A stretch of 64,000 nucleotides of DNA from NCBI GenBank assembly GCA_951406725.2, contig OX597839.1, positions 24,118,001-24,182,000 of the forward strand, written 5' to 3'. The position numbers were made by a program, and so were the translations under genes. Within the stretch, counting starts at the first letter, position 1; the number at the start of each line of letters is the position of its first letter. Under the pieces are notes generated by a model. The model did no database searches. It was not told the DNA's origin and worked only from the letters and a program-made list of their open reading frames with translations. This stretch comes from Octopus vulgaris. Its lineage: Eukaryota. Shown here one piece after another: positions 62,543-64,000 of the stretch.

Positions 62543-62863
62543 TAGATAGACAGACAGACAGACAGACGGACATGGCTATGTGCAAAGAAACCCACTTCTC
62601 AATGACATCATCCTGGGTTCACACCCACTGCATAGCACCTTCAGTAAGGTCAACCAAAGCCTTATGAGCGGATTTGGTTGATGGAAACTGAAAGAAGCCC
62701 ATTGTGTATGTGTGCGTTTCTCTTCATGTCCCATCACTATTTGACAAACAGAGTTGGTTTATTTACACTTCTGTAACTTAGCAGCTCAGCAAAAGACACT
62801 GGCATAATTTCCGGGGAAGAGGCAAGCCAATTACATTGACCCCAGTGCCGGTCTGGTACACAT

Positions 62864-62979
62864 TTGACCTCAAGTGGCCTGAACTCTTTACATGAACACC
62901 ACCCTGTACTTAACTCCATGTCCCCCTACATGGCCTTGCTATTTGCTTTTGAGCCAAATTAACTAACTAACTAACTAAC
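62864..62979 (+). mobile_element. CR1 LINE 3' end with (TAAC)n tail, nested in an old SINE-B (~62805-63090)
   Basis: Shares AACTCCATGTCCCCCTACATGGCCTTGCT with 11211-11498. Confidence 0.8.
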
Positions 62980-64000
62980 ATTTCATTGACCCCCAAAAGG
63001 ATAAAAGGCAAAGTCAACCACAGCAGCATTTGAACTCATACCGTACATAAAGACGGACCAATATGCCGCTAACCATTCTGCCAGCTCTCCTACACCCCCC
63101 CATCATCATCATCATTAATATTAAAACAACAACAGCTCAATTGATAAAAATTTATTGTAATCCAATAAAAGATGAAATACCTCGCTCCTTAACCTGTTAA
63201 GCAGGGTCCTTATTTGATTATATATATATATATAAACTTTTGCATCTAAACCTATCAAGTTTTCATATAGAGCAATAACTGGCCCTGTTTACCATAAAAT
63301 TGTCATTAAACTGCAGCACTTCCTTTAACAGCGTCATCATCATCATCAACATAGTCTAACTGGTGCAACACACTTAAGGCTATGTTGTTAAAAACACTAC
63401 CGAGAGAATTACATCAAATATGAGAGATAAGTGGATATAAGAGAAATGGCAACCAATTAGGTTGTTCATCATCTTCTGCCTCCACCTCCCTCTTCATGAG
63501 TGGTGGTGATGGTTATATTTATAACCACCACCACCACCACCACCACTGGCAAGAGCATAAGGAAACAATAGAACACTGGTGGCGGTGGCGGTGGTGATGT
63601 GAGAGACTAGCATGATGCTATCCCCACCACGATTTCTATTGACTCTCTTTATGGTAACTGAAGCTGCTAGAAATAGCAGCCAAATTTCTCTCAAACCCAT
63701 ACATTACCAATTTCGAAAAGTGAAGGCCACATTAGGTAATGCTCAAAGCTGTTATATTTCTACGGCTGCCAACTGGTAAGTGGAACTGAAGGACATCGGA
63801 TACGGGTGACAAGGTGTTTTGTGGAGATCGAAAGGACGAGAGAGACAGACAGAGAGCGAGAGGGAGCAATATGTCAGTGAGTGTTGATGTAAACAAACCA
63901 ACAGCAATTGTCAAAAAGTGGGAGTCAAACAAAGAAACACACACACAAGTACATGCACATACCTTGCACACACACATACACACACACACACACGAAGACA

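Overview
Repeat-saturated, AT-rich animal genomic DNA. The repeat families look like those of a coleoid cephalopod, most likely Octopus; this is inferred from recalled repeat sequences, not from a database search. The window lies inside one minus-strand gene, a RERE/Atrophin-2 (Grunge-like) co-repressor. Five short coding exons (38867-38963, 33255-33408, 27420-27553, 21656-21755, 7524-7622) all have GT-AG boundaries and matching phases. They splice into 584 nt of open frame covering the C-terminal BAH domain, the ELM2 domain and the start of the SANT domain. The flanking exons were not found and probably lie outside the window. The other ~99% is intron. It holds at least five tRNA-derived SINE families, truncated LINEs (Dong/R4, RTE, CR1, HERO-like), TTAA piggyBac-type MITEs, hAT and mariner relics, Helitron/Helentron-type elements, Penelope-like fragments with hammerhead-like motifs, and many microsatellites. 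Almost all ORFs in the supplied track are artefacts of these repeats. I found no convincing wholly new biological system. The best leads are hammerhead-like motifs, a SINE that appears to target itself and form concatemers, modular SINE shuffling, a strong strand bias of (GA)n tracts, and apparent deep conservation of RERE intron positions. Exon coordinates are exact; most repeat coordinates are approximate. Repeat family letters (A-G) are my own labels.
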